A stretch of 64,000 bases of DNA from Acidimicrobiales bacterium (GCA_049793015.1 JBARBL010000104.1:8246-72245), one strand, 5' to 3'; positions 27,985-37,735 are shown, numbered from the stretch's first letter. Notes: generated by a model from the letters alone, not told the origin. Numbers and translations: made by a program.

Positions 27985-28974
27985 TCAATTCCGGAAGTAG
28001 GGACCCCGGCGGGGCAACGCCTCCTGATGGGACTCGAAGAACGAACGGATCTTCACGGGCCGACTCCTCAGTTCCGCGCTGAGGCGACGGGCCTCGCCCA
28101 GGGGCCCCCGCCACCTCGTCTTCAACTCTTCGATCGAATCCGACAGCCACTCGATCGCCGCGCTCGGTGACTCCGAGGACGCCACGAAGGCAAAATCGCG
28201 GTCGAGCAACGTACGCTGCTCGCTGAGGTAATCGATCGCCACGACCTCGTCGTGGATCTGTCCGAGGACGCCCTGCACCGACGCCAGCACCACCGCGACG
28301 TTGGTCGCCGGCTCGCCGAGGTAGGTGCTCGCCACCTCGCAGCAGTAACGGGCGCGCTTGGTCAAGATCCGTATCTCGTGCAGCTCGAGGTTGGTCGGGG
28401 ATGGCCCGTAGTAGTCCACCGCGCGGTAGAGAGACGACAAGGTCCGATCAAGGCCCGGATGCAGCACTTCGCTCGCGGGCTCGGACGCGCATTCGCGGAG
28501 CGGAGGATCGATGACCGCCTCACCCAGCATGCGCACCATCGCGCGATAACGCTTGGAACCGATCATCGCACGCACGTGTCGTATCTCCAGCGAGCGTCGC
28601 TGGTCGATCTCGGCGATCACCGAGCCGTCGAGGGCGTGCGTCGGTTCGTCGTTGAGCGAACTCAGCAATTCGAAGAGGACGTCCAGGTCACGCTCGCGTC
28701 CCAGGACCTTGCCGGCCCATCGAAGGTCCTTCTGCATCCGTCGAAGCGCGCCCTCTTTGATGGCGGGGGCGACGATCTCCAGCTCCGAGCGCAGCCGGCG
28801 CGCCTTGACCCGGAGCTGGTGTACCGCTTCGGGGTCGTGGCTGAGGCGCGCGTGGGGCCCGAAGCGCACCAGACCGGCCACCTCTTCGGCCAGCACCAGG
28901 CGGATCACCTGTCCCGTCGTCGGGGACTGGTTGTTGGTCTGCTGGGTGAACCGGACCCTCGACATCAGCGCCAC
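27985..28974 (-). CDS. CHAD domain-containing protein
   Basis: Helical repeats with HQLRVKARRLRSELEI and HEIRILTKRARYCCEV, typical CHAD signatures. No fused CYTH domain. Confidence 0.8.
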   Translation of the reverse strand: MALMSRVRFTQQTNNQSPTTGQVIRLVLAEEVAGLVRFGPHARLSHDPEAVHQLRVKARRLRSELEIVAPAIKEGALRRMQKDLRWAGKVLGRERDLDVLFELLSSLNDEPTHALDGSVIAEIDQRRSLEIRHVRAMIGSKRYRAMVRMLGEAVIDPPLRECASEPASEVLHPGLDRTLSSLYRAVDYYGPSPTNLELHEIRILTKRARYCCEVASTYLGEPATNVAVVLASVQGVLGQIHDEVVAIDYLSEQRTLLDRDFAFVASSESPSAAIEWLSDSIEELKTRWRGPLGEARRLSAELRSRPVKIRSFFESHQEALPRRGPYFRN

Positions 28975-29005
28975 CTCGTCAGTTGTTCGGCGGCCACGCG
29001 GTCGC

Positions 29006-29920
29006 CTAACTGGAGCGGACCCGAGAGCGGATCTCTTCGATCCACCGGTCCGCGTCCTTGCGGGCCTGGGCCACCTCTTCGCGCCGGTCGGACGCCTCGG
29101 CTCCCGTGACCGGATAGGACCCGAGGAACTTCACGCGGGCCAGGTGGGCCTGAAGGTCCGACAAGCAGTCGGCGACGACGTCGTCGGCCACGTGACCCTC
29201 GAATTCGATGACGAAGCAGTACTCGCCGAGCCCGCGCTTGGTCGGACGGCTCTCCAGCTTGGTCAGGTTGATGTCGCGGGCGGCGAAGCGTCCGAGGATC
29301 CCGTACAGCGAACCGGGCCGGTCCGCGTCCTGGAAGCAGACGATCGTGGTGCGGTCGTGCCCGGTGGCGGGGGCGATCGTGTCGCGCCCCACGGCCACGA
29401 AGCGCGTCTCGTTGCCGGGGTGATCGGCGATGTCGTTAGCCAGCGACACCAGACCGAAGAGTTCCCCGGCGGTCTTCGAGGCGACGGCCGCCCAGGGTTC
29501 GGGCGACGTCGCAACGTCGTGGGCGGCCTGGGAGGTGGACGTGGTCTCTTCCGCGGTGGCGCTGAGATCGCGCAAGAAGTTGCGGCACTGGGCCAGGGCG
29601 TGCACGTAGCTCCACACCTTCTTCACGTCGGCCAGGGCCACCCCGGGACGCACCAGCAGGTGCAGGCGCACCGGGATCACGATCTCTCGTTCGATCAGCA
29701 GGTCGTGGTCGAAGACCAGTCCGTCGATGGTCGCCGAGACCGTGCCTTCGATGGCGTTTTCCAGCGGCACCAGGCCCAGATCGACCGATCCGTCGGCCAC
29801 GGCGCTGAGGATGTCGGCCATCGACCGGTAGGCCACGGGCTCCACGTCGCGCAGCGTCGACACGGCCTCGTGACCGAATGAGCCTTCCGGACCCAGGTAG
29901 CCGACACGCTGTTTTCCCAT
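29006..29920 (-). CDS. pheA: prephenate dehydratase
   Basis: PDT domain (VGYLGPEGSF, TRFVAV) plus a C-terminal ACT domain (ESRPTK). Confidence 0.9.
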   Translation of the reverse strand: MGKQRVGYLGPEGSFGHEAVSTLRDVEPVAYRSMADILSAVADGSVDLGLVPLENAIEGTVSATIDGLVFDHDLLIEREIVIPVRLHLLVRPGVALADVKKVWSYVHALAQCRNFLRDLSATAEETTSTSQAAHDVATSPEPWAAVASKTAGELFGLVSLANDIADHPGNETRFVAVGRDTIAPATGHDRTTIVCFQDADRPGSLYGILGRFAARDINLTKLESRPTKRGLGEYCFVIEFEGHVADDVVADCLSDLQAHLARVKFLGSYPVTGAEASDRREEVAQARKDADRWIEEIRSRVRSS

Positions 29921-30021
29921 TGATGGATTCTAGTTCGCCTCATCTCGAGACGAAATGCCCGGCACCCTCGGGCCACGGGCGAGTGTCTACGATAGTAAGG
30001 GGCTAAACGAAAGGTCGGGCA

Positions 30022-31392
30022 ATGGGTAACGAAATGTTCAGGTACGACGCCGCGCTCACGGACGCCGTATTTGACTACTGCCGCACGCGCCTGGCGATGG
30101 ACCCGGTGCCGCTCGACTTCGGCAGCCTCATCGCCATTCCCGAGCACACCCTCGACGGCCTCATCACTTCCCAGGGCCACGATCCCTCGAAGATATTGCG
30201 CCTCTTCGAAGAGCAACTCGCTCCGTCGGTCGTCTCGATCGACTCCCCGGGGTTCCTGGCCTTCATCCCCAACGCCCCCACCAAGAACTCGCTGCTCTTC
30301 GACATGGTCGTCGCCTGCTCCGGCCTCAACGGCACCAGCTGGCTCGAGTCGGCCGGCGTCGTGGTGGCGGAGAACCAGGCGCTGTCCTTCCTCGCCGACC
30401 TGGCCGGCATGCCGAAAGGTTCGGGCGGCGCCTTCGTCTCGGGCGGGTCGATGGGCAACCTGTCGAGCCTGACCGTCGGACGCGACGTCGGACGCGGGCG
30501 TCGCCCCGACGTCGCGCCGCACGAGTTGCGCTTCGCCATCTCCGCCGACGCCCACTCGAGCATCGGCAAGGCCCTGCACGTGCTGGGGGTGGGCGCGCTG
30601 CTCGTGGAGCCCGACGACCATCGCCTCACCCGCGCCAACGTAGAAGCGGCCATGGCCAGTGACCCGCGACCCGAGACGGTCATCGGCGTCGTGGCCACCT
30701 CCGGGACCACCAACGCGGGCATCGTGGACGACCTCGAAGGGCTGGGCAGTTTCGCCCGCGAGCATGAACTCTGGTTCCACGTGGACGGGGCCTACGGTGG
30801 CGCGGCCCTCTTCTCGCCCACGCACCGCGACCTGCTCAAGGGCATCCGCCACGCCGACAGCTTCGTCGTCGACCCGCACAAGTGGCTGCTCGCGCCGCTC
30901 GACTGCGCGGCGCTGGTCTATCGCGACCCCACGGCCGCCCGCAAGATACTCGCCCAGCAGGCCAGCTACCTCGACATCCTGCACAGTGAGGACGACGAGC
31001 ACTACGAATGGAACCCCTCGGACTTCGCGATCCACCTATCGCGCCGCGCCCGCGGGCTGCCCTTCTGGTTCTCCCTGGTGACCAACGGCACGACCGCGTA
31101 CGAGCGGGCCATCCAATCGGCCATCGACATGGCCCAGCGCACGGTCACCCTGATCGAGTCCCTAGACCACGTCGAGATGGTGCGGCCCTCCAGCCTCTCC
31201 ATCGTGCTCTTCCGTCGCGTCGGCTGGTCGCCCGAGCAGTACGTGACCTGGAGCGAGCAGTTGCTGCGCGACCAGGTGGCCTTCGTGACGCCCACCAAAT
31301 GGGAGGGCGAGACGGTGGCGCGACTGGCCTTCCTGCACCCCGACACGCCCGACGAGATGGTGGTGTCGATCCTCGACTCGATGCGCGACTAG
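30022..31392 (+). CDS. PLP-dependent group II amino-acid decarboxylase
   Basis: SGGSMGNL and PLP-lysine motif DPHKWLLAP. 456 aa. Confidence 0.85.
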   Translation: MGNEMFRYDAALTDAVFDYCRTRLAMDPVPLDFGSLIAIPEHTLDGLITSQGHDPSKILRLFEEQLAPSVVSIDSPGFLAFIPNAPTKNSLLFDMVVACSGLNGTSWLESAGVVVAENQALSFLADLAGMPKGSGGAFVSGGSMGNLSSLTVGRDVGRGRRPDVAPHELRFAISADAHSSIGKALHVLGVGALLVEPDDHRLTRANVEAAMASDPRPETVIGVVATSGTTNAGIVDDLEGLGSFAREHELWFHVDGAYGGAALFSPTHRDLLKGIRHADSFVVDPHKWLLAPLDCAALVYRDPTAARKILAQQASYLDILHSEDDEHYEWNPSDFAIHLSRRARGLPFWFSLVTNGTTAYERAIQSAIDMAQRTVTLIESLDHVEMVRPSSLSIVLFRRVGWSPEQYVTWSEQLLRDQVAFVTPTKWEGETVARLAFLHPDTPDEMVVSILDSMRD

Positions 31393-32403
31393 CTAGCGAC
31401 CCTTCAGCAGCGGATCGCTCGGCGTGCGGCCGGTCTCGCCCCGCTCGCCTCGGCGGCGCCAGGCCAGCCCGCCCAAGGCCTCCAGCACGACCCGGTTGGC
31501 CAGGTAGGCCGTGATCTCGGCGTGGTCGTAGGGCGGCGACACCTCCACCACGTCCACGCCGGCCAGCGGCACCTCCATGGCGATGCGCCGCACCGCGTCG
31601 AGCAGCTGGCGGCTGGTGAGCCCGCCCGGCTCGGGCGTGCCGGTGCCGGGTGCCGATCCGGGGTCCACGACGTCGATGTCGACCGAGAGGAACACCGCGT
31701 CGCAGTCATCCATCGCCCGGTCGATCGCCTCTTCGAGCACGGCGTCGAGCCCGCGCGACACCACCTCGGACATCTCGAAGGACCGCATACCCTGGTCCGC
31801 CATCCACGTGAGCGTGGCCGGTTCGGGCCAGTAGCCCCGCAGGCCGACCTGCAAGAAGCGGTCGCCCCGGCAGGCGCCCGATTCGATGAGCCGTCGCATC
31901 GGCGTGCCGTGCCCGTAGAGGGAGCCCATCTGGGTGTCGCCGGTGTCGGCGTGGGCGTCGAAGTGGATGACCGACACGCGGCCGAAGCCGGCGTGGCGCG
32001 CGACGCCCCTCACGTCGCTCAGCGCGATTGTGTGGTCACCGCCCAGCACCACGGGGATGACCCCGGCGCCGGCCACCGCGGCGACCCGCTCTTCGAGCAA
32101 CGCCAGCGACTTCTCCGTCTCCCCCGAGGGCATCTCCACGTCGCCGAGGTCCACCACCCCGAGCTCCACGAGCGGGTCGAGGCCCAGCGCGAGGCTCGGG
32201 CGCTTCCCGTCGTGGGGCAGGTAGTCGGTCAGGCGGATGACCTGGGGCCCGAAGCGACAGCCCGCACGATGCGAGGTGCCCCCGTCAAAGGGCGCGCCGA
32301 CGATGACCGCCTGCGCGCTCGACCACTGCGCGAGGTCCTCGGGATCGGCCGCCGGGACACCCAGGAACGTGGCGTCGGGGCCGTACAGGTTGCCAATGCG
32401 CAT
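31393..32403 (-). CDS. speB: agmatinase/ureohydrolase (arginase family)
   Basis: Mn-ligand motifs GGDHTIA, IHFDAHADT and SVDIDVVDP. Confidence 0.85.
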   Translation of the reverse strand: MRIGNLYGPDATFLGVPAADPEDLAQWSSAQAVIVGAPFDGGTSHRAGCRFGPQVIRLTDYLPHDGKRPSLALGLDPLVELGVVDLGDVEMPSGETEKSLALLEERVAAVAGAGVIPVVLGGDHTIALSDVRGVARHAGFGRVSVIHFDAHADTGDTQMGSLYGHGTPMRRLIESGACRGDRFLQVGLRGYWPEPATLTWMADQGMRSFEMSEVVSRGLDAVLEEAIDRAMDDCDAVFLSVDIDVVDPGSAPGTGTPEPGGLTSRQLLDAVRRIAMEVPLAGVDVVEVSPPYDHAEITAYLANRVVLEALGGLAWRRRGERGETGRTPSDPLLKGR

Positions 32404-32453
32404 AACTCTCCTCCGCGGTTCTGGGGCCTGCGTTCAACCTTACGCTGGGCGCA

Positions 32454-32885
32454 ATGAAAGTTCGCTCGGTCTCGGCCACTCGCACCATCCAGGCTTCTCC
32501 GGCGGTGATCTTCGACCTGTTGGCCGATCCACGGCGCCACGGCGACTTCGACGGCTCCTCGACGCTGCAGCGGGTGCGACGCGCACCGCCACGCCTCAGC
32601 CTGGGGTCCACCTTCGCCATGGACATGAAGATTGGCCTGCGCTACAGCGTCACCAGCACCGTGGTCGCCTTCGAGGAGGCCCGCTGCATCGCTTGGCAGC
32701 ACTTCGCCCGCTTCACCTGGCGCTACGACTTAGAGGCGGAGGGCGATGGTACCCGCGTCACCGAACGCTTCGACTACGACCAACCCTGGGCCTTCGTCAT
32801 CATCATCTTGGGCTGGCCGGAGAGGAACCGTCGAGCCATGCTCGACACGCTCGAACGGCTCGACCGGCTCGTTACGGCGCCGTGA
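32454..32885 (+). CDS. SRPBCC (polyketide cyclase/dehydrase-like) family protein
   Basis: 143 aa. The N-terminus RTIQASPAVIFDLLADPRRHGDFDGS is typical of Polyketide_cyc2-type proteins. Confidence 0.7.
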   Translation: MKVRSVSATRTIQASPAVIFDLLADPRRHGDFDGSSTLQRVRRAPPRLSLGSTFAMDMKIGLRYSVTSTVVAFEEARCIAWQHFARFTWRYDLEAEGDGTRVTERFDYDQPWAFVIIILGWPERNRRAMLDTLERLDRLVTAP

Positions 32886-33885
32886 GCGTGACGGCCGCCC
32901 CGACGTTGAGCAGCTCCACCCACGTCTGACCGGGCGTCAACGCGATCGGCGTGCCCGCGGCCGTCTTGTAGGTGAGGATGTCGGATTTCGAGGGTCCCCT
33001 CGACCACGTGCCGACCACTTCGCGCCCGTCGGTGAAGACGTCGGTCACCCCCGAGCCCTGCAGGTTGGCGTAGGACGACATCGTGCCGATGCCGTTGACA
33101 TAGTTGACGTACATGACAATGACGTTCTTCGGCGACTCGCGCACCCTCGTGCCGGTGAGGTCGGGCTTGCCGAACAGCGTGCGGTCCCACGACGAGGTGG
33201 TCGTGTCCCACGTCCAGGTCACCGGATAGATGCTCGGGAAGTGGACGACGAAGCTCGGCACCTTGCGGCCCACCACCTTCTGCGACGACGAACGATAGGT
33301 GAAGAGCGGCGATGGCGGGCTCGGCCTACCGCCGAAAGCGAAGAGCTGGGGGGCGACGCCAAAGAGGTTGTGCGGCGAATAGAGGCTGAGGTCCCGGAAC
33401 ATGGCCGTGCCGGCGTTCGACTCGTCGACCAGCTTCACCGGCGCGGTCTGGATACTGGCGACCGCGTACGCGGCCCCGCCGGAGTACGCGAAGATCCCCC
33501 CGATGGGCCACACCACCTGGGTGTCGGTCGGCCTCACCGAACGGATCGGGCCCACCTTGGCCGGGGCGTGCGAGTTGAAGATGGCGGCCAGGCGCGTGAT
33601 GCCGCCGTTGACGATCTCCTCGTAGACCACGTCCGCCTCGTCCACGCCCCACTGGGGCAGCGCGTCGGGGGTGTTCTCGATCTTGACCGTCAGGGCCGAC
33701 CTCTTGAGACCGGCTCCCGAGGGATCCAAGAGCCCCGTCAGCGGCGAGACCGCCACCGGGGCGGCCGTGGTCGTGGTGGTCGCTGACGGGCTGGTGTGCG
33801 GCAAATGTCGATGAATCAGAATCCCGGTCATCGTGCCCACCCCGAGCACGGCGATCACGAGGATGGCGATGAGGACTTTGCGCAT
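32872..33885 (-). CDS. DUF3048 domain lipoprotein/secreted protein
   Basis: N-terminal TM/signal, then PLTGL...ALTVKIENTPDALPQWGVDEADVVYEEIVNGGITRLAAIF, the DUF3048 core. Confidence 0.75.
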   Translation of the reverse strand: MRKVLIAILVIAVLGVGTMTGILIHRHLPHTSPSATTTTTAAPVAVSPLTGLLDPSGAGLKRSALTVKIENTPDALPQWGVDEADVVYEEIVNGGITRLAAIFNSHAPAKVGPIRSVRPTDTQVVWPIGGIFAYSGGAAYAVASIQTAPVKLVDESNAGTAMFRDLSLYSPHNLFGVAPQLFAFGGRPSPPSPLFTYRSSSQKVVGRKVPSFVVHFPSIYPVTWTWDTTTSSWDRTLFGKPDLTGTRVRESPKNVIVMYVNYVNGIGTMSSYANLQGSGVTDVFTDGREVVGTWSRGPSKSDILTYKTAAGTPIALTPGQTWVELLNVGAAVTLTAP

Positions 33886-33923
33886 GGGTCCAACTTACTT
33901 AGCGCCGGCCCGCCGACCACGGA

Positions 33924-34397
33924 CTACCCGTCGGTCAAAGAGATGAAGATCACCGTGTGGGGCAGCTGCGTCTCGCGGCTCACGTGCTCGGATCCCGGCA
34001 CCGCCGTCCAGCCCGTCGCGAGATAGAAACCGAGCGCGGTGTCGCGCGCGTTCGCCCATAGCTGTTCAACCCCCAGGTCCCGCAGGTCCTCCATCGCGGT
34101 GGCCAGCATCGTTGCGCCGTATCCGCGACCCTGCACGTCGTCGTCGATCGCCATGAAGCGCAGTTGATAGGAACGCCGCTCGGGGTTCACGGGCGGCTCC
34201 GCGGCGAACCACGACGCGCTGGCCACCAAGCGATCGTCGAGGAAGCCGCCGTAGTGCAGGGCGGAGGCCTCGTCGTCGCGGGGGTCCGAGACGGAGCACT
34301 CCGGGTTGTCCGCGCGCAGCACCCGGCGCCGCAGCCCTTGCAGTTCTCGGGCGTCGACACGGCGCACCGTAAAGTCCGGCCGGGTGGTCTCAGTCAA
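33924..34397 (-). CDS. GNAT family N-acetyltransferase
   Basis: Acetyl-CoA motif QGRGYGATMLATAME. Confidence 0.75.
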   Translation of the reverse strand: MTETTRPDFTVRRVDARELQGLRRRVLRADNPECSVSDPRDDEASALHYGGFLDDRLVASASWFAAEPPVNPERRSYQLRFMAIDDDVQGRGYGATMLATAMEDLRDLGVEQLWANARDTALGFYLATGWTAVPGSEHVSRETQLPHTVIFISLTDG

Positions 34398-34887
34398 GGC
34401 GCTTCACCATCGTGGCCAGGGAGATCGTCGGGTCGCGGTCCATGGTGGTGACTTCGCCGGTCGCGACGAAGCCTTCCCTCTCGTAGAAGGCCCGGGCGCG
34501 TTGCATGGGCGCGGCCACGTGCAGGAAGAGCGACTCGGCACCCTCGTGTCGAGCCCAGGTCTCGACAGCCTCCAACAGCTGGTGGGCCACGCCCGTGGCG
34601 CGCGACGAGGGCGACACGTACATGCCGTAGAGCCATCGGGTCCCGGGATGCAACTCGTTCAGGCCGCCCGAGGCGACCCCCACCACGCGGTCGTCGCGCT
34701 CGGCGAGGTAGTAGTTCCACTCGCGACACAGCGCACGCCAGTGCCGATCCGCCCACGAGCGCGACTCCTGGTAGGTCGAGCCGTAGGCCTGCGGCGAATC
34801 GAGTAGGGCCTCCAGGCGGATGGTCCGGAGCCTTGACGCGTCCGCCACGCCGCAGGGTCGCACCGACGCGAGGCCGTTACGTGTCAA
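34390..34887 (-). CDS. GNAT family N-acetyltransferase
   Basis: GNAT core YVSPSSRATGVAHQLLEAVETWA. Overlaps the downstream GNAT by 8 nt. Confidence 0.75.
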   Translation of the reverse strand: MTRNGLASVRPCGVADASRLRTIRLEALLDSPQAYGSTYQESRSWADRHWRALCREWNYYLAERDDRVVGVASGGLNELHPGTRWLYGMYVSPSSRATGVAHQLLEAVETWARHEGAESLFLHVAAPMQRARAFYEREGFVATGEVTTMDRDPTISLATMVKRLD

Positions 34888-35494
34888 GAGTCATTCGTGA
34901 CGAGACGTTGCGCTCGCTGAGTGAGCCTTCTGAGAAGGTGTCGCGAACGTTGTCGTGATCGATCCCGGGTCGATTCTGGGAGAGCTTCGCCTTGCCTACG
35001 ATCGACGTGACCTCGAGCTCGAACCCCACGATGGCGCTCAACTGATGCCCGATGTACTCCGCCGGGGAGTCCTCGACGTGCCACCGGGGCGACCGGCCCG
35101 ATTCGAAGTGATCGGTGAGGTCGTGGATCTGCGTCGACGTCCACTCCTTGTCGTCGTGCACCCGCAGCCGGCCACGCACCTCGCAGGCCACGTAGTTCCA
35201 CGTCGGCACGACGCCGGGGCTGTCGAGGCGGCTCGGGTAGAGGCTCGGCGATACGTACGCGCTCGCCGCCAGGAAGAGCGCGAGGACCTCATCGCCGTCC
35301 TCGACCGCGCGCCACCAGGCGTTGGCCCGGGCCACGTGGAAGCGGATCGTTCGACGGTCCTCGCTGGTCACCACCGGCACGAACACGCTCATCAGGCCTT
35401 CGTCCGTGTTGATGACCAGCATTCCCGCTCCGGCGTCATCGACGACCCGCCAGGCGGCGGCCTCATCTACCTTGAAGTTAGGGGGTACGTACAT
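34877..35494 (-). CDS. paiB: FMN-binding negative transcriptional regulator PaiB-like
   Basis: MYVPPNFKVDEAAAWRVVDDAGAGMLV N-terminus and ...GKAKLSQNRP, typical of PaiB. Overlaps the next gene by 11 nt. Confidence 0.8.
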   Translation of the reverse strand: MYVPPNFKVDEAAAWRVVDDAGAGMLVINTDEGLMSVFVPVVTSEDRRTIRFHVARANAWWRAVEDGDEVLALFLAASAYVSPSLYPSRLDSPGVVPTWNYVACEVRGRLRVHDDKEWTSTQIHDLTDHFESGRSPRWHVEDSPAEYIGHQLSAIVGFELEVTSIVGKAKLSQNRPGIDHDNVRDTFSEGSLSERNVSSRMTLDT

Positions 35495-35506
35495 GCTTCC
35501 ATTGTT

Positions 35507-36910
35507 TCACGATTCCTCCGGCGCCAGGCCCGTGTCTCGGGCCTGTCGCGGCAAACGGGCCGAATAGATCGAGTAGCCGTCGACCTGACGCACGAGCAAT
35601 GTCGCGATGACGACGGCCGCCACCATCGGCACGGCGAGGGAGAACCCGCTGTGGGTCAGTTCGAGCACGAGGACCAGGCCGGCCAGCGGAGCCTGCATGA
35701 CGGCGCCGATCATGGCGGCCGACCCGATGAGGGCGAAGGCCCCGATCGGCGTGCCGTGCCAGACGTGGGTCCAGAGCACGCCCATGAAGCCGCCAAGCAC
35801 CGCGCCGGTGCTGAGGAAAGGCGTGAAGACGCCGCCGGCCGCGCCGCCGCCCAGGGTGAGCGCGGTCACGAGGGGCTTGAGGGCGAAGAGCGCGAAGAGA
35901 AGGCCCGCCCCGCCCAGGCCGATGAACGCGTCGTGGGCCATGTCCTTGCCGTTGCCGAAGAGCTGGGGATAACGGATGCCGATGAGCCCGATCACCAGGA
36001 AGGCCAGCGGCATCTTCCAGAAGATTGACGCGCCCGACGCCCGGTGCGCCGAGACCCAGCCGATGAGGCGCACGTAGAGGAGGGACAACAGGCCGATCAC
36101 TAAGCCGGCCGGCAGCGACCAGACCATCAGCGACCCGCTGAAGTGATAGCTCGGCACGTCCACGTAGGTCGCGTGACTCGGCAGGTAGCACCAGGCCACC
36201 ATGGTCGCGATGACCGAACAGGCCAAGGCGGGCAGCACGGTCGGCAGCGCGAAACTCCCCATCAGCACCTCGGCGGTGAAGAGGGCCCCGCCGAGCGGCA
36301 CGTTGTAGACGGCGGCGAGTCCGGCCCCGCCACCGCACGCCACCAGCAAACGGCGCTGCGCCGGCGTGAGCCCGATCCAACCCGACAGCAGACTGCCCGA
36401 CGCGCCGCCCATGAGTTTGGGGGCGGCCTCGCGGCCCACCGAGGCGCCCATGCCGATCACCACCTCCGAGACGAACGACGTCAGGAAGCTTCGACGCATC
36501 GAGAGCTGGGCGTCGCCGTTCCACAGCGATTCATCGATCTCGGACTTCTCGTGCTGCAGGTAACGGCGTATGAGGTACCAGGCGACCGCACCGATCGCGC
36601 CCGCCGCCACGAGTGTCAGCACCCGATGCAGGCCCGACGTCCTCGCCACCGCCGCCGCGAAACTGCCGGTGCGGTAGTTGAACGCGGCGCGCTCGGCGAG
36701 GGACAGCACCCACATCAGGAACGCGCCGAAGAGGCCGGTCGCGACCCCGGTCAGTACCAGCGCCAGCCAGAAGCGGGGATTGAGGGCCGCGTCGCCGTCG
36801 TGGGTGACGTTGGGCTGCTCCATCGCGCCGCGGCCCGAGGCGATGCGCTTCCTGATGAGTGGCGGGGGCAGGCGCCGGCGCTCGTTCTCACCGCTTCGCT
36901 TGCGCACCAT
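35507..36910 (-). CDS. ClC-type chloride channel / H+/Cl- antiporter
   Basis: Selectivity motifs GREAAP, GLAAVYNVPLGGALF and GGVFTPF. The start is uncertain. Confidence 0.85.
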   Translation of the reverse strand: MVRKRSGENERRRLPPPLIRKRIASGRGAMEQPNVTHDGDAALNPRFWLALVLTGVATGLFGAFLMWVLSLAERAAFNYRTGSFAAAVARTSGLHRVLTLVAAGAIGAVAWYLIRRYLQHEKSEIDESLWNGDAQLSMRRSFLTSFVSEVVIGMGASVGREAAPKLMGGASGSLLSGWIGLTPAQRRLLVACGGGAGLAAVYNVPLGGALFTAEVLMGSFALPTVLPALACSVIATMVAWCYLPSHATYVDVPSYHFSGSLMVWSLPAGLVIGLLSLLYVRLIGWVSAHRASGASIFWKMPLAFLVIGLIGIRYPQLFGNGKDMAHDAFIGLGGAGLLFALFALKPLVTALTLGGGAAGGVFTPFLSTGAVLGGFMGVLWTHVWHGTPIGAFALIGSAAMIGAVMQAPLAGLVLVLELTHSGFSLAVPMVAAVVIATLLVRQVDGYSIYSARLPRQARDTGLAPEES

Positions 36911-36986
36911 GGGCCCCTCGTTGAGTCGCAGGCTTCAATCGTACCCTCGGGTCTCTCTGATTCTTAGCGGTCACGACGCGCGACGA

Positions 36987-37550
36987 CTACAAGATGTACG
37001 GAACGACGGCCTTGACGCGTCGGCGGTACTGGGGATACTCATCGGGGAAACTCTCGGTCATGAGTTTCTCCTCCAGACGGATCTTGAAGACCAGCATCAC
37101 GATGACGACAGCCAGGAGTATGAAACTGAACGGCTCATCATATTGCAGCGCCGAGCCCAGGCCCATCGTCAAGAGCCCCGTGTAGATCGGGTGGCGAGCG
37201 AATCGGTACGGGCCGCTCTGCATGAGCTCGTGGTCTAGCTTGAGCGTGACGACGCCGCTCCAGTTCCGGCCGATCGTGAGCCTCGCCCAGAGCGCGAAGA
37301 TGGCGCCCGCGACGACCAGGATGACGGCGACCACGCTCACCGCCGACGACGGCATCCAGATGTGGTGATGCAAGGACGTGTGCTCCAACGGACGGGTCAA
37401 GACGATTACCGCGACCACGTAGACGACGGCCAGGCGCGCCACGCCGCCCGAACGTGCCACCGTCCGTTTCGTGCGGAAGGCCATGACGACCCACACCACC
37501 ACGATGACGGCCCAGGCCACCTGGATGAGATCGTCGGCTGCCTTGACCAT
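36987..37550 (-). CDS. isoprenylcysteine carboxyl methyltransferase (ICMT/PEMT) family membrane protein
   Basis: Multi-TM protein with the C-terminal motif GPYRFARHPIYTG. Confidence 0.75.
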   Translation of the reverse strand: MVKAADDLIQVAWAVIVVVWVVMAFRTKRTVARSGGVARLAVVYVVAVIVLTRPLEHTSLHHHIWMPSSAVSVVAVILVVAGAIFALWARLTIGRNWSGVVTLKLDHELMQSGPYRFARHPIYTGLLTMGLGSALQYDEPFSFILLAVVIVMLVFKIRLEEKLMTESFPDEYPQYRRRVKAVVPYIL

Positions 37551-37579
37551 CAGTTCATTCTGCCAATGCCCTGCGCCGC

Positions 37580-37735
37580 TTAGGGCCGGGCCTCGCGCTC
37601 ATCCGCCCGGCACTCGGGGCGGTGTTCGACGACACCCACCTCGACGCCGCATTCCGCACAGAAGAGGCCGAGCAGGCAGACGGGGTCGCCGCCCATCTCC
37701 TCTTCGGGCACGGCTTCGCGGCCTTCATTGGTCAT
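37580..37735 (-). CDS. small Cys-containing hypothetical protein (51 aa)
   Basis: Own translation: MTNEGREAVPEEEMGGDPVCLLGLFCAECGVEVGVVEHRPECRADEREARP. High GC3, and it fits neatly in a same-strand gene array. Below the ORF-track length cut-off, with a weak Shine-Dalgarno sequence. Confidence 0.35.
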   Translation of the reverse strand: MTNEGREAVPEEEMGGDPVCLLGLFCAECGVEVGVVEHRPECRADEREARP

